Assembly (NCBI GenBank): GCA_964409365.1
Contig: CAYPCX010000002.1
Coordinates: forward strand, 96,984 to 160,983
Source: an uncultured Planctomycetia bacterium
GTDB taxonomy: Bacteria > Omnitrophota > Gorgyraeia > Tantalellales > Tantalellaceae
DNA length: 64,000 nucleotides
Reading direction: 5' to 3'
Made by a program: the position numbers and the translations under genes
The notes under the pieces: generated by a model
The model's database searches: none
What the model was told of the DNA's origin: nothing
What the model saw: only the letters and a program-made list of their open reading frames with translations
In this document: positions 27,001 through 42,000 of the stretch, piece after piece
Layout of the letters: each line of letters starts with the position of its first letter
Position numbering within the stretch: the first letter of the stretch is position 1

Positions 27001-30000
27001 TCGGGAACGACCTGCCCGAGGTATGGGCGGCGCTCCAGCCGGACGGGGAAGGTATCGTTCCCGGCAGATCCGTGCTGAACCTTGACGAGACACGGCTGCC
27101 GGATATCGTGCTGGAGGCGGGCGAGATGGAAGACGCGCTCCGGCTTGTTTCCGAGGTGTCCAGCGACCTTTCGATAGAAGAGTTCGGCGCGCAGGACACG
27201 CAGACCACCAGTATCATGGACATGCTGGACAAGAAGGGCCTGGCCCTGCCCAACACCCTGGTCGGGATAGCCGCCGAGGCGGATGCCCTTACCGATAAAT
27301 ACGGTTATGCCAGTGATATGGACCTTGCCCGCAAACATTTCAAGGAACTCGAGGACCTCGCCCAGGCGGCCCGCGAACTTGCGCTCATGGTCATACATAC
27401 GCCGGTAAGCGCCGAACTTGCCGATATCTCGGAAGAACTTGCGGATATCAGGCAGCGCGCCCAGGACGCGCACTACACGACCTGCGCGTATCTCGACCTG
27501 ATACCCGACGCGTCCAGCTATTCCGGTCCGAGAGATTCCCTTAAGAACGCGGCCGATATCGCGAAAAACCGCGCCATGGGCGCCGTGGATATACTTACGG
27601 AGATCCTGGTTTCGCTGACCGAACCGCTTTCGGTAGGGGAGTACGGGGCTATCTCGAAGACCAGGACTTACAGCCACGGCCGGCTTGTGGAAGAAGCCGT
27701 GTATGACGGGATAAAAGGCAAGGAAAAGGAACTGGCCTCGGTGAAATACTATACCGGGACGACGGACGTGGAAAGCATCACCACCTCGGAATATACCACG
27801 CACGGTGTGCTTCAGGAGCAGACAAGATACCGCCGGGATTACTTTATACCAGAGGCCGAGATCGAATACCTGACGACACCGGACATTAAACAGTACCGCG
27901 GCAGGGAACTGCCTGTGAAGACCACGACATATTATGATGACGGCACCACTACGGAAAGCATTACCGCTTACTTCTACGACCAGCTCACGCGGGGCCTTAC
28001 GCAGACCCAGAACGTGAGGTATGACGAGATCTCCAACGGTCCCGAGCTGGGCAGTTTTACGGTAGCCAGTTTCACCGACGCGTTCTACCAGCCCGAGGAA
28101 CCCGGAAGGGGCAGGCTGGACCGCACCGCTACTTACGACCTGGGCGAGGGCGACTGGCTTATTTCCACCGATTCCACGGTAGCGGCGCCGTCGGAAGACC
28201 TCTTGTTGACCGAGGAGATATATCATTACAGCGCGCCGAACGTCGATGAGAGTCTGCAGGCCCTGGAGGGGCTCTTCGTCAAGGAAAGGCTCCAGAGGAA
28301 AGAGACCCACACCTTCATGCTTGACGGGAGCGAAGAGATAGGCGATACCTTCTACAGCGGTTTCCGCGGGTTCGAAAAAGCCGAGAGAACGGCGGGATAT
28401 ATCCCGGGGACCACCACTCCGAAAACGCAGACCAGTTACGAATACGGTTCGGCCATGCGGGACCTGTACCAGACGACGAGCGTCGACTTAAGGAGCAATA
28501 TCACGCGGACGTCCATATTCGTAGGGTATGAGGGCGAGGAGAAAGTGGAAACGGTAAAAGAGTTCCGCGAGAGCGCCCAGACAGACCCGGATACGGGCAA
28601 GCCCCTGGAAGAACTGGACAGGATCACGAGAAATTACTACTCCACTGACGGCCGGCTTCTGCGCAGGACGGTGGACCGTTACACGCCTTACGGCAGCCAC
28701 CTCTTCGGCAAGAAACCCGTCACCAGGACGATCTATGAATACGGCGGAGAGATCGGCCACGAGAGGATAATGAAAGAGACCGATGACAGGGGAGTAGTCC
28801 ACTATTACAGGTATTTCATGGATGATGACAAAGGCCTCATAACGGCGATCGCTACCAACCCCGAAAAGTTCGAGACGGGAGCCCTGCCCGACTTCGACAC
28901 CCAGGTGCTTTCCAGGGACCTCGTCTATGCCGTCTACCAGGACCCGAACTATATACCCACGTCCGAAGGGACGGTGGTGTTCACCAACAGGGACGGCAAT
29001 ACCATCATGATGGTCGACCAGTACGGCACCGTGCAGAAGTTCGACTACCTGACCGACGCAGACGGCATCGTCTACGACGGACGCGGCAGGATACAGGAGA
29101 CTTACGTGTACCTGCCGGACGGCACCAAGATCACCAAAGGCCCCGACGGGTTCAAGATAGCCGAAGAAAGGCGTGATACCCGCGGCAACCTGATAACCAT
29201 GACTTACAAGTATGACAGGGACGGCGACGGTGAGGCGGACGAGAACGATTGCGGGGAAGATGTCATTACCGACGAGTACGGCAACGCGGACCTCATGGTG
29301 ATAACCTGGACGGATTATATTTACGAGAAGGTCACCGACGATACGGAAGTCACCATCCAGGTCGACCATGAGCAGGTCTACAAGTACGGTATGCTCTACA
29401 TGCAGAAAGCCGTGAGGAAGGACCAGGAAGACTGGCATTCCAGGTGGGTCAAACGGTCCGACGGCGTGTGGGAGCTCCGTTTCGCTAGAAATGAGGCGGA
29501 TATAGAGGATCCGGAATCGTTCACCCTTGAAGTGGACTCGGAGACCGGCGCCATAATAAGCGCCAGGACCTGGGTAGATGAAGAGGATGAAGAAAAGGGC
29601 ACGCAGGAGAGCCGGGTAGAGCTCACGCCGGCCCAGTACGGCGGCGGTAACTACGATTTCTTCGCCAAGAAGGTCGAAGGCATTTGCGGCGGCCAGGACG
29701 GCTATGTTGTCTATGTCTACAAAGGCGAGAGCCTGAACGACAAGTCGATCTACCTCGGCATGAGGGTGATGTACCCGATAGAAGCGGACGGCACTATCGG
29801 CAACATCTACGAACTTATTGACCGCGTCGCCGGGACCGTAAGCGAGTGGAAGGACGAAGAAGGCAGGGATAAAGAACTGAAGATAGGCAACGACCCAGGC
29901 CAGAGCGAATATTACATTTTTACCCGGGCGCCGAAAACCGAGAAAGAACTTATTTATTACAGCCAGAGGGAGGACATGGACTTCCAGCTTGAAGGCGGGA

Positions 30001-33000
30001 TGGTGACGCTCGATGACGGCACTGTCGTGGAACGGGAGGCCCTGGAAGAAGCCATAAGCATGATCCAGGACGGCTTCATGACACTGGAAGCGGAAGTGCA
30101 GAACGCCAGGCTCTACAGGGATGAGCAGATCGGCGAAATTATCAGTAGTCTTGTTACCGAGACCCTGCAGCCCGAGATCGAGAAGGAGAACCGCGGCAAG
30201 AGGAAGATCACCTACACCTGGCAGTTCAACAAGGGCGGGGCCTCGACAGCCACCCAAAAAGCAACAGGCGGTGTGCTTGGCGGCAACGCGGGCGAAGTTC
30301 TTCAATGTCCGGCTTTTCCGGAGGGGACCGGAGAAAGTGGGACCGGGGGATATAATCCCAATTGGATGGTTTGGCAAGGCCTTACGACAGGTACTGTCAT
30401 GTCGGCTGTGGGGGTCTCACTGACTACGATGGATATCATGAATGCTGCTACTTTCCCGGCGGATTTCAGCCCGGTCTACCCGACGCATGACTGGTGGCCT
30501 AAGGGAAACAGTATCGAGATAGACGAAGAAGGCAACGTCGCCGGTGGCACGCTATACAGGTATGGAGCCACCGAAACGATAAAAGGGGACGAGATAGACC
30601 TCACCGAGTACAAGAACTGGCTGACGGCGCTGGAAGATTACGCGAGCGGACAGTTATGGGAAGACGTCTCGGAATATGTCGACTGGGCGGCCTACTTCAA
30701 GAGGAAGATGGCGGAGCTGAACGAGTCGGAAGATGAAAGGGAGAAAAGGCTCGCTGAAGGCAAGAGCCTTGAGGTGGAACCGCTGGAAGAGGACGAGCTC
30801 AGTTACAAAACGGAAGACGTTTTCGACGGGCGGGATGACATAATGGGTTTCGTGAACTGGCTCGTCGCTCGCGGAAGGCTTTCGGGGGTCCTCCTTGATT
30901 CCATGGTAGAACAGCTTGCCGGCGGATACCAACCGGTGCTCGATGATGAAGGGGATTATATCTGGGAAGAAGAGGATTATACGGACAGTAATGGGAACGG
31001 GACATACGATCCGGGCGAGCCTTTCGTGGATACGAACGGCAACGGCCGGCCCGATGTCGACGAAGACCTGAACGATAACCATAAACTTGACGATAACGAG
31101 ATCGATCATAACGGTGACGGTGAGCTGACCAGAGGATATAAGGTAAGGCGAGAACATATCGATCCTTATTATAAAGGCGATGTGGAAGTCCTCAACTGGA
31201 TAGAAGGCCTGGAGGGACAGCTCTCTGAGGCATTTGAGGAGATAGCCCGGATCTATATCGAGTACGAGGAAGAAAAACGCGAGATGATCTATGACTTCCT
31301 GTATTCGGACGCGTTGAGGCCCCTGTCGGAAAAGGACGACGGCAACAGCGATAACGACCCCGGCGATACGCTGAGACCGATATTCACAAAAGACCTCTTG
31401 ACCACGATCCTTGGAGGGGACGGCCAACAGGTAGAAGATCAGGATTACCTTGATGAAGGCCTTGCGTATTATAACTACCTGGTGACGCAGATGAAGGACC
31501 AGGCCAATTTTGTGATCAATACAAGGCTGGGCAGCGAGTACAGCAGGAAGGCCTCCGTCACGGGTTCTTACGCGCCCAAGGAAACGCCGGAAGAAGAGAA
31601 AGAGGCCGGGGAAGAGGAACTGGAACCGTCACCGGCGCCTGTGTGGATACCCGGCCAGATCGAATCGACGTCGACGCCGGAAGACGAGGAAGAAGACGAA
31701 GAGGAAGACGAGGCGATCAAGCGTCTTAAAGAATGGCTGGCGAGTATTGGCTATTTTGACGACGAGAACGGGGATGTCGATGAAGATGAAAAGAAAGGGT
31801 TTACCCCGGGAACACTTCAGCATTACATGTATGCTCTCCAGAAGATTTTCTGGGATTTCGAGGCATCACGACAGCAGCTGGCCGAAGACATCAGGAGGAA
31901 AGAGCTCTGGTTGGACGGATCATTTGATGAGAACGGTAACCTTGCGGGGGCCGACGATACCGAGTTCCAGGAGAACGTGATATTCCCGGTTGGTTATGAC
32001 GCCGATACCTATCTCGAAAATTACATAAAGAACGGTTTCTGGGACCAGGGCCAGATCAGCATCGAACCCGGCGAGAACCAGGCCCTTAACCAGGCCGAGG
32101 CGGCGAGCGCGGAAGCCCTCGAAACGGGCCTCATCGATATTTTTGAGGACTTCATGGCCACGAGGCCCACGGACGGCTCGCCATGGAAGGCGTTCGAATC
32201 AGAAAAGCTCGAACACCTGAGAGAGTACCTGACAAAGGCCGAACTTTACATGCGCGGCACCCTCGGTCTTGATCCGGAGCTTAACCGGCGCGAGTGGCAG
32301 CCCGGCGACTGGGACAGTTTCATAGACGAGGCCAAGGTGCCGGAGTTCTATACCGATTACGGCGACCAGAAGACCAACCTAGCCGCGTACGCCACGTTCA
32401 AGTACGTGGAACTGACCCTCGCGTTCCTCGAGACGCTGGACCAGACGCGCGAGCAGTATGACCTGCCGAACATGGCCAGGAGCCTTATAAACGAGATCAG
32501 GCAGTACAGCCCGCAGTCCGATAAGGGTTCGGAGGAAAGGGACGAGGCTCTCCAGGAACAGGGCCTGTACCCGGACAAGAACAACCCGTACGAGTATGAA
32601 AGCCTGGCGTCGTGGAAGGAAGACGTACTGGAGAGGCTTTACAACTTCCTGGACGATCCCGACCAGGCCAAGGACCCGCAATACGCGCTCGCGGAGGTCA
32701 TACACGAGGCGGCCACGCTTAAGCTGGAACTCGCCAAGGAAGAGATAGAGCGCATACAGATCAGGAAGATGCAGGAATATGAAAAGCTTTACAGCGATTT
32801 CTACAGCAACGTCTACAGCCCCGCCAAGTACGCGGTCCTGGATATGACCGAGGAGAACACCTGGCAGCCCAGGACAGAGATAGTGAAACTCAAGAAAGTG
32901 GAAGACGGCGAGCTTTATCAGTCAGGCAAGCATTTCATACTTAAGGGGAACGCCGATGTGGAGGACGGTGTAGGGGAAGCGTCCTCGGCCGGCGGCAGTT

Positions 33001-36000
33001 ACGACATCAACATAAACCAGTGCGTCGGTTTCAGTTTGACGGATGAATATGGCACCGAAAGTTACCAGCCCCAGGAGCGGAACGGCCATCTCTATGTCTG
33101 GATACTCGGGGATGAATATAAGCTTCTCTCGGTGTCTTCCGGAGAGCTCACGGACGATGAGAAGAAGAAGGACATGGGATGCAACGAGTATGAAGAGCTG
33201 CCCCTCTACGTCGGCAAACTGCACGACGAAGCTTACATGGAGCTTACTTACCTTAGAAGTGACGAGGCCAGCCGGAACGTGTTCGACCTGCGGGAAGAAG
33301 AGCTTTACAGGGAATACGCCGCCGAGATAGGCATGGGCGGCAGCGCGCTCGCCAGGCTCTATACGTTGATCGAGAAATTCTACGCCAAACGTCTCTTGGA
33401 GAACGCGGAGAGTTTTGAAGGCGGCCTTATAAGCGAAGAAGAGTTCATCCGGAACATCCTCAGGATCAAGTCCTACCGCGAGAGCTACAGGGAGCTTGTC
33501 GATAATTACCTCCTGGGCACGTCCGAGAAAATAGACCTCGAGAACCTCGTTGAAGAAGGTATAAGCGTACCCGGGCTTAACCTCGCGGATGAGGAAACCA
33601 AGGACAGGCTGTACGGCATACTGGAAGACGCCGTGACCTACATGTCCGAGCAGGAGAAGAGGGAGTTCCTGAGGGGCAAAGAGCTTACCAGTCTTCTCCA
33701 GAAGTTCGATTCCCTCTTTGAGGTCATGCTGGAGATGTACGAAGGGGCTATATATAACAACAGGTATGTCGCCGGCGAGGACGGGGCCGCGGGGCTTTGG
33801 AACCTCAAGAACGATATTTTCAGCGGTAGCCATATTATCGCGATCGATGACGCGCTGAACCTTATGCTCAATGAAGAGCAGGCGTGCAGGACGGAGTACC
33901 TTAACAGCGTACAGAACGTCAGGGGCGAGTTCGTGGAAGCTCTCGGTGAAGCCGCCGGCCAGATAGGCGGTACGGGTGCGAGGATCACTTCTTTCTTCGA
34001 TCTCGAGTCTTGGGTGCCGGATGATGATGACCTGGAAAAGTTCAAAAAAGCCGTCACGCCCGACGCCGAAGGGAACAACGATGTTGCCGAAATACTCGGT
34101 GAAGCGATCCTCAAGAAACTCGTCGGCGATGACGAGACGATAACGAAATACTGGGAGAACGACAGCGTTATGAACCAGCTCGGAGCGGGCCTTTCACAGT
34201 ATATAGCCTGGGCGAACTGGAAACTGTCTACAGCCCCCGCGGGCACTTGGAGCGGCCAGAGCCTGGTGGACTCGAAGTTCATGAGGTATTCCTGCGCCAT
34301 GGAACTGATCCAGATGATGATAACCGATTTCACCTGTGAAGCGGGCCTGAACTTCGAGAACGCGGAAGGCGACTACGTGAGGAACTGGTTCGAAAGGTAC
34401 GGCCCCGAGCAGCACCTGAGCAATTTCGCGTATAACGATATCGATCCGGAGCTGCGCAACGCCGAAGTGGGCCGCAAGGTGATAGAGTCCTTTACCGGGG
34501 ACGCCTTCCTGCAGGGCGTGACGGAGATGGAGACCGAGATACAGACCGCTCTGGCGGAGATCATAGGCTACAATGTCGGGAGCTGCGATTACAGGGAATA
34601 CCAGACCGATCCGGGTGAGGCCGGATATAACTTCAGCGTGGTCGGCGAGGACCGTTATCACGACTACCAGGGCAACCTGGCAAAGAAGACCCAGGAGATA
34701 AACGACAAGGCTTTCCTCATGGTGGGCAACGACTCCAACGATACCGATCCGGAGAAAGACAGGGACTCCCTGATCGGGCATCTTGAAGGAGAAGGCACGC
34801 TGATATCAAGCTACAATTCCGCGGTGGAAAGCGCGATAGAGTCGTTCTCCGCCGGGATACCGGAACTGGTGCAGACGGTCGATAATATGACGCTCCAGAT
34901 GCCCGGCGGTGGCGCCGTGTATTGGGACAATATCTGGGGTACGAGAGAACCCAGGTCCCACCAGTACGATCTTAACGAGGTAAGCGACGTCGATTATTCC
35001 GAATTCGATATACGGGCGAAATACAGCGACCAGATCAAGGCTTTCCAGAGCACGGTCACGACGGCGAACAACGAATTCATGAACGGCCTCATGACACTCC
35101 TGTTCGTTTCGGGCGCCGAAAGCAAGGGTGAAATAGACTGGGGTGATCTGGACGGCTTCAGGGGCACGGTCCAGCCCAACGAAAGGTACGATACTGAAGG
35201 CAATATAAGCGCCCTCCGGGAAGATGTCCTGGGTGTCATGATAACGCAGAAGGATTTCTTCGAGGAAGCCGTGACCGAGACACGTGACACTTACGAGTAC
35301 GGCATGCCCGGCACCACCTGGTCGGATGTCCAAAGCGGCCTCGGGTTCGGCAGGATGTGGACGCACCTTTACGGCAAGGACAAGTTCCTGCAGTATTACG
35401 AGCCTGACTACACCAATTTCACCAACGACAAGACCTATGACGCGCTCGAGAGGACGGGCATGAGCTACATAATGGCCATCGGCATGCTGGGCGAGAACTC
35501 GTCCGGCGAGAAGGTCACGCAGAATATCGCCTGGCAGAGCTGGGAAGCCTACCGCAAGGAGGATATGCTCGGCGACGTGGAGCATGCCTATATGGTAAGC
35601 AGCCTTTCCGACGGTGTCAAGCAGTGGCTGATGGACGAGGAGGGCGAGCGCCTGCAGGAAAAGGCCTTTACCGGCACGAGCGAGGTAAGCTACGAGACCT
35701 ACGACATCCTCGAGCATTACATGGATAAGACGCCTCAGGGCATGCGGGGTGGCCACCAGAAGATGGAGCTTCGCGCGGACCTCATGCGGCCGCAGCTCAT
35801 AAGGTCATGGAGCGATGTGGGCCTGGAGATCTTTACGCGTGCCATCGACGCGGCGCTGTATGCTGTCTGGAGCGGGAAAGAATGGGTCCTGATGCCCATA
35901 GGCGGCATAATCTCTTACGATGAGCTGACGGGCCTGACAATAGACAGGGTGTTCCACGAAGACGGCACGACGCTCGATACAATGAAGCATCTCATCGAGA

Positions 36001-39000
36001 CCACCGAGTTCGAGTCCGCGCTCCGCGAGATGGGCATCTTCGGCATAGCGCTCCTGAGCGGCCTGGACGTAGGCGCGGTAATAGGAGGGACACCGGTAAC
36101 GCGCGAGATCTCATCTCGCAGCAAAGACTCGAAAGAGAAAGAAAGCGAGCGCCTCTCGATGCTGGATGTGAAGCAGCAGGTATCCGCGCGGGACCTGGCA
36201 AAAGCAGTGCGCCTGACAGGGAAGAGCAGGCCGGCCACATCTGAAGATGTAGGTGCACGGGGAGGCGACGAACCCGGGCCCGGAGGCCTCGGTTTTCGCC
36301 TTACGGAAGGGCTGAAATACAAGCGTCCCGGAGGAGAACGCGCCGCAGAAGAAATGCCCGCGGAATACAGGAAGTACATGGGCAGTCTGACCGCCGGAGC
36401 GGCAAGCGTTGAACAGGGCTTCCTGGCGGAACTCGCCATGGACCCGGCCACGCTGGAAAAGAAAATGAGAAAGATAAGGGACGCTTTCGCGGGCGCGACG
36501 GTGTACGCCGCGATCGCCGGAGCGGCGTACAGGATAGGCGCATACGTGATGTCGGAATTTGACAAGAAAAGGATCGCTTATAGGAACAAATTAAAGCAAG
36601 AGAAAGCCCGGCGGGAACGGGCAAGCTTCCTGGACAGGATAGCGATGAAGGTCATGCAGCTCATAGAAGAAAGCAAAGAGAGGAACCAACAAGCAAAAAG
36701 GAGGGAATTAATAGCCAAAGGTATTACTGACGAAGAGGTGATCAAGAAAGAACTTGCAAAGGTCAAGGCTGACCCCGGCGCCTATACTTTTGACCGTACC
36801 AAGGGAATATATCGCATCCAGCCGACGGAAGATATCGAGGAGGCGATCAAGGAGCTGGATAAGGGATCCGCCACGGAAACGGTCCGGGAAACTCAGGCCG
36901 AAGAGCCCGTTGAACCCGGTATCTTTTCCGCGGTCGCGAAAGCTTTGCGTAAGGCCTTGGAGAGCATAACCGAGAAACTGATGGACCTGGTAGTCCCGTT
37001 ATGGGAAGCCGCTCCCATCAAGGTAGGGGAATTCCCGGCCAAACGTTTCATAGAGATGGCAGTGGGAGTGCCGCTCTCGTTCCTGGAAGGCCTTTCCAAG
37101 ATGACGGAGGTCCTGGAAAGGGTCAAGATAAGCACGGCGTTGGACAGGGAAACAGCTCTCCCGGAGAAGACTAAACTCGACGAATGGGGCGAAGAGTATG
37201 AGGTCGATATCCCCGATGCCCGCGACGTAGGAGAACGTGCCCGGGTCACGACGGAGATCGAAACGGAAGCCGGGAAAGTGACCGTTACGTTCGCCGGGAT
37301 AGAGGCGCAGGACGGCCTCGCGAAGACTACCGAGATCACCAGGAAGAACGCCGAGGTCGGGAAAGCGGTAGGAGCGGTGGAAGGTGAAGAGGGCTACATA
37401 TTCACGAGCATGATCATAGAAAAAGCCAGCAAGGACGGCGAGGTCAAGAGATACGTCCTGGATGTCCGGGGGTTCATACCGGCAGGGGACGTGGAGAGAA
37501 CGGGCGCGTTGAGCCTGGAAATGAATATGAAGGATAAACTGGTGAAAGAGATCGGGTCCTGGCTGAGTTCGGCCCAGAAGGCAGAAGGCGATGTCAGGGA
37601 AGGAGGAGCGGGCGAAGCGGGCGGCGGAGATGAAGCCAAGGCGACTGAACAGGAACTGATCAGGGACGTAGAAGCGATCTCGAATATCCTCTCCGGTATG
37701 CGCGTCAAGGGGAAGGTCGACATCATGACGGGCAAATTCGCGTTCAGGGTCGATATTGCCGAAGAAGGGGCGCGTGTTACCGGGGTGGGGATCAGAAAGG
37801 CGGCCGGGACGCCGATCGTGTTCGTACCGCTCGTAAGATCGATCGATCTTGCCAGCAGGGGAGATATGGACTCGCTGGAAAAAGCTCTCGGCGCGTTGCA
37901 GGATTTCTCTGCTACTAAAGACTTTGATGCGTTACTGGGAGGAAAAGGAACCAAAGACAAAGACGTTGTAAAAGCGGCAGAGAAGCTCCTGGACATATTT
38001 GCCGAGTTTGGCCTCGGTTCCGCCAAAGTCTGGCTGAAAGACCTTGGCGTTGTCCTGGAATCCCAGCTTTCCAACAGTAAGACGGTCGAATCATACAGGA
38101 TAACGAAGCCGATAGATATCTTTGCCGCCGATGTGCCGGAATTTCGCGGCGCGGACGTGCCGACTATCTCGATCGACGTCAGCAAGGGAGAACTCGAGAA
38201 AGTGCTTACCGATCTCCGGAAGGATCTCGAGGGTATCGTAAGGGTCGACGAAGGAAAAGTGCAGCTGAATACGGAAGCATGGAATAAGATCGCCAATGAG
38301 CTCGACCGCGAGCTTGCGGTCGAGCTTGGAGTGGGAGATATTGCCGTCAAGCTTGGAATGAGAGCTGGGACCGAAGTGGTCGTTACCGAGGTCCGGGCGG
38401 GAGATGCGGCGGCAAGGTTCAAGGCCGGGGAAAGAGTGATGATCGGCGAGGGCCTGGTGGACCTGGGATGGCTGGTGACCGTGGCTACACGGGCCGATCT
38501 CAGGGCTGAGGGAGCGGCGGGACCGGCGGCTACCCTCATGAGATTAGGGGAAGTGCTGGCCGCTCTCGGGCTTGGCCTGGGCGCGCGCGCGCCTGTCGCC
38601 GAAGTTACGCTGGTGACCCCGGGAGGATTCGAGACGAGGATGCGCGTCCGCTTCGAAGGAGTACGCGGCGACATTAAATTACGCGTCACCCATGTCATGA
38701 CCAAGGCCGGGGAAATGCGTGAGCTTGGCACGGGTATTCAGGTCGCCAGGGGCGCCGAAGGCGACAAGATGCTCACGGGATTGGCGGAAGCGGCCGCTAA
38801 GATAGATTTCCGCGTGGAAGGCAAGTTTGAAGAGACCATCAAAGCGTTACGTATTCTGGGCGAAGCGGGCGTGGAGACGGGCATGTTCGTCGGGAAGACG
38901 CTCGTGGAACTGAAAGGGGAAGGGCTCAAGCCGGTGCCGGTAGCTACGGCGCTCAGGATGGAGGTTGGCGGCGAGACGCGCGTGTTCAGGCTGCCGCAGC

Positions 39001-42000
39001 CCGTGGAAGTGACCGGGGCTAAAGTCGCAGAGATAACAAAGGCCGTTGCCGCCGCGGAAGCGAAGATCCCGGCCGGCGCGGGCGCGGCTCCCGAAATATT
39101 TGCCGCAGTGGCTCCTGTGCTCGCCAGGGAAGCGGGGATAGGTATAGTGGTCGAGGACAAAGGCCTGAGATTGGTTTCTGACGTAACTGATGGTGTAATG
39201 AGGATCTCCGTCTTGGGCCGGTTCCGTCCCTTTAAAGAAGAACGGAAGATCGGCGAGATGGCGATATCCTTGGAAAGCTTGAGAAGGCAGGAACCGGAAG
39301 ATTTTGGCAAAGGATTGTTAAAGGCAATAGCGGGCATTGAAACGATAAGTGCCAGAGTAGTGACGAAGTTGTCTGTTGCAGAAACACCGGGACTGCCGGC
39401 CGAAGGGTTAAGAGAATTAGCGGTGCAATTAAAAGATATACAGGTCGGGGAGGTCAAAGTAGAGATACCCGTGTTGGTCAGGGTTGAAGGCGAAGCTCGC
39501 GTGGGTGTCGTGCAGTTGGTAAGTCAGATCATTGAAGGTGCGCCTGAGATAAGTGTCGGGAAACTGGTGACGGCTGAGGGTGTCGAGCTAACATTTGAGG
39601 GCCTCAAAGTGGTAGAGGACGCCAAGGATCCAATAAGTGCGCATGAAAGAGCGCATATTGATGAGAAAAACCTGATGCAGGGCATCGTTGGCATATTCGA
39701 GAGCGTAGGCAGAGATGTCAAAGAAAACATAACGGGCGACCGCAAGACCCTGGGCACCCTTACCGGTGTCGCCAGGGGATTGATGGAGCTGGGTATTACC
39801 GGCGTGACAGTTACAACTGTGATCGACAGGGTCGAATATAAGATAAAGGCGGCCGCCGAGGAGGTAGAGATCAAGGTCGTGGGTATGTTGGCTAAACCGG
39901 ATGTATCCAGTTTCGTTTTTAAACCTTTCGCTCTTGGCAAGATAATGAAAGACGAACACGGGGAGCTGGTGCTTATGACTCCCGGGGGGAAGGAAGATAC
40001 GCTGCTCGATATGAGGATCGAGAGAGTGATCACGGCCGTCAGGACCATTGCCGCCAGGCCTTCCAAGGATCTTAGGGATATAGCCGGGCAGTTGATGGTC
40101 CTGGTAGCCCTGAGCGGCGAAAGCGTCACGGCGTGGACCCCCGCCGGTGTCAGGGTCAAGGCCGAAATAGAAGGGTCAAAGATAAAGCTTGCCTGGGACG
40201 CCATGAGGCTTGCTTACGGCAAGACGACGACGATAACGCCGGTCAATATACTGGAACTCAGCCTTGACAGGGTCAAGAGACAGATAAGTTACATAGTCGG
40301 GGATTCCATAATAGAAAACGTAAAGAACATGGCGGGGTTCATCGATATTCCCACCGCGGCCGGGATAGAACGGTTCATGAAACTCCTCGCTCCTGTTGCG
40401 GAGAAGATGTTAGAGACGCCCGGGGTCGCGATAGACGCGGGCAGGTTAAGGACCGGTGTGCTCACCATGGGTGAAGGCGAGGACGCCGTCCGCCTCAAGC
40501 TGGAGATAAAAGGCGAAGGTAAAGAATTCGAGGCAACTATAACCGATATAAAGAGGACCAGGGAAGAAAAAGACCTCGATATCAACATTTTCAGCAAGGT
40601 CGAAGCCTGGACGCCGGTCGGTCTCATGGTGGCCGGTAAGGAAGAGGCGATCAAGTTCGCCGATATACTCAAGGTGCGTCCCGAAGAGGTCGGCATAATG
40701 AGAGCTATCGGGATGTGCCAGGCGGGCAAACATGTCGCCTACGATGATCTCGAGAAAGCGTTAAGCGATTTCCACAGGATCATCGAGGACCCGAAGGTCT
40801 CGGCCGGCACCAGGGCCGCCTACATGGCCCTTTCATTGATACATGCGGGCGCCAGCCAGAGTGACATTATCGGTCTTTATAATTACAGCGTCAAGGAAGG
40901 CGATTTAGACAGGCTTCAGGCGGTCGTCCAGCTGTACCAGAGTAATATGACCGAGGAAGCAGACGCGATGACCAGGGGCCGCGGAAAGTTAAGCCTTACC
41001 GAAGAGAGGGTCATTGCCGATATCAAGGTGCAGAGAGCGCGACAGGTCGGCGGCAAACTGCTCTTCATGGCCAAGCATAACGTTAACGATATCAACCAGC
41101 TGGGCGTCTCTGCCGCCGATGTGAAAAGGCTTTACATCATCGGCAAGACGACCGGTAATTACGATAGGTTATACGCTCTTGCCGAGATGATGGGCGCCGT
41201 CGAGATGTGGAAGACGGATATCAACGGTGACCTCGTGGCGTCGGCGGATGATTTCAAGGCGATGGTCAAGGGCGACAAGACCGGGCTCACCATGGCGCAG
41301 AGACAGGTGGTCGGGAAAGTCCGCTTCAAGGTGATGAGCGCCATGCTGCCCGGCGCGTTACTGGAAGACGGAAGAAAGCTGCTTGACGCGTGTAACTTCA
41401 AGGAGGGCGGCTTCACGAAAGAACAGCTCATGAAAGCGGTCAAGAACGATGATCTCGACGCCATGTCCAGGATGGGCGCGGTAATAAGCGGGGTCAGGTT
41501 CGTTGACACCAGGACCGAAAAGGTCAAAGCGTTCGAGGTCAGGAAGACCGACGGCAGGTGGCTGTGCCACATCAAGATGGATTATACCGAAGGCAAGGGC
41601 CTTGAGCTGACCCTTGAGGGCCGGGCGCTCAGCCACCGGGGCATGCTGGACATTACGGTGGATTCTGCCGGGAGGGCGCTGCTTGCCAAAGATCTCACCA
41701 TGCGCGGCGGCGACGAAGGCGAGGAAATAACCCTCCTTGCCGAAAAGACCGTTATAAGTCTCTCCGGAGACTCCACGCTTAATATCCTCCAGGCGGAAGC
41801 CCGCGTCGGTAAATACAAGAAAGCTCATGTGAAAGAATTCGTTTCCATGCCGGCCCCGGCGGCCGCGGGCGTGACCGTTCCCAAACGCACCATCACGAAA
41901 CTCGAACGCGACAAGACAGGCGTGTTCGTCACGGACAGCACCCTGACTATCCGCGAGAACCAGTTCATACAGACGCCGGGCCAGGTATTCCAGCTCGGGG

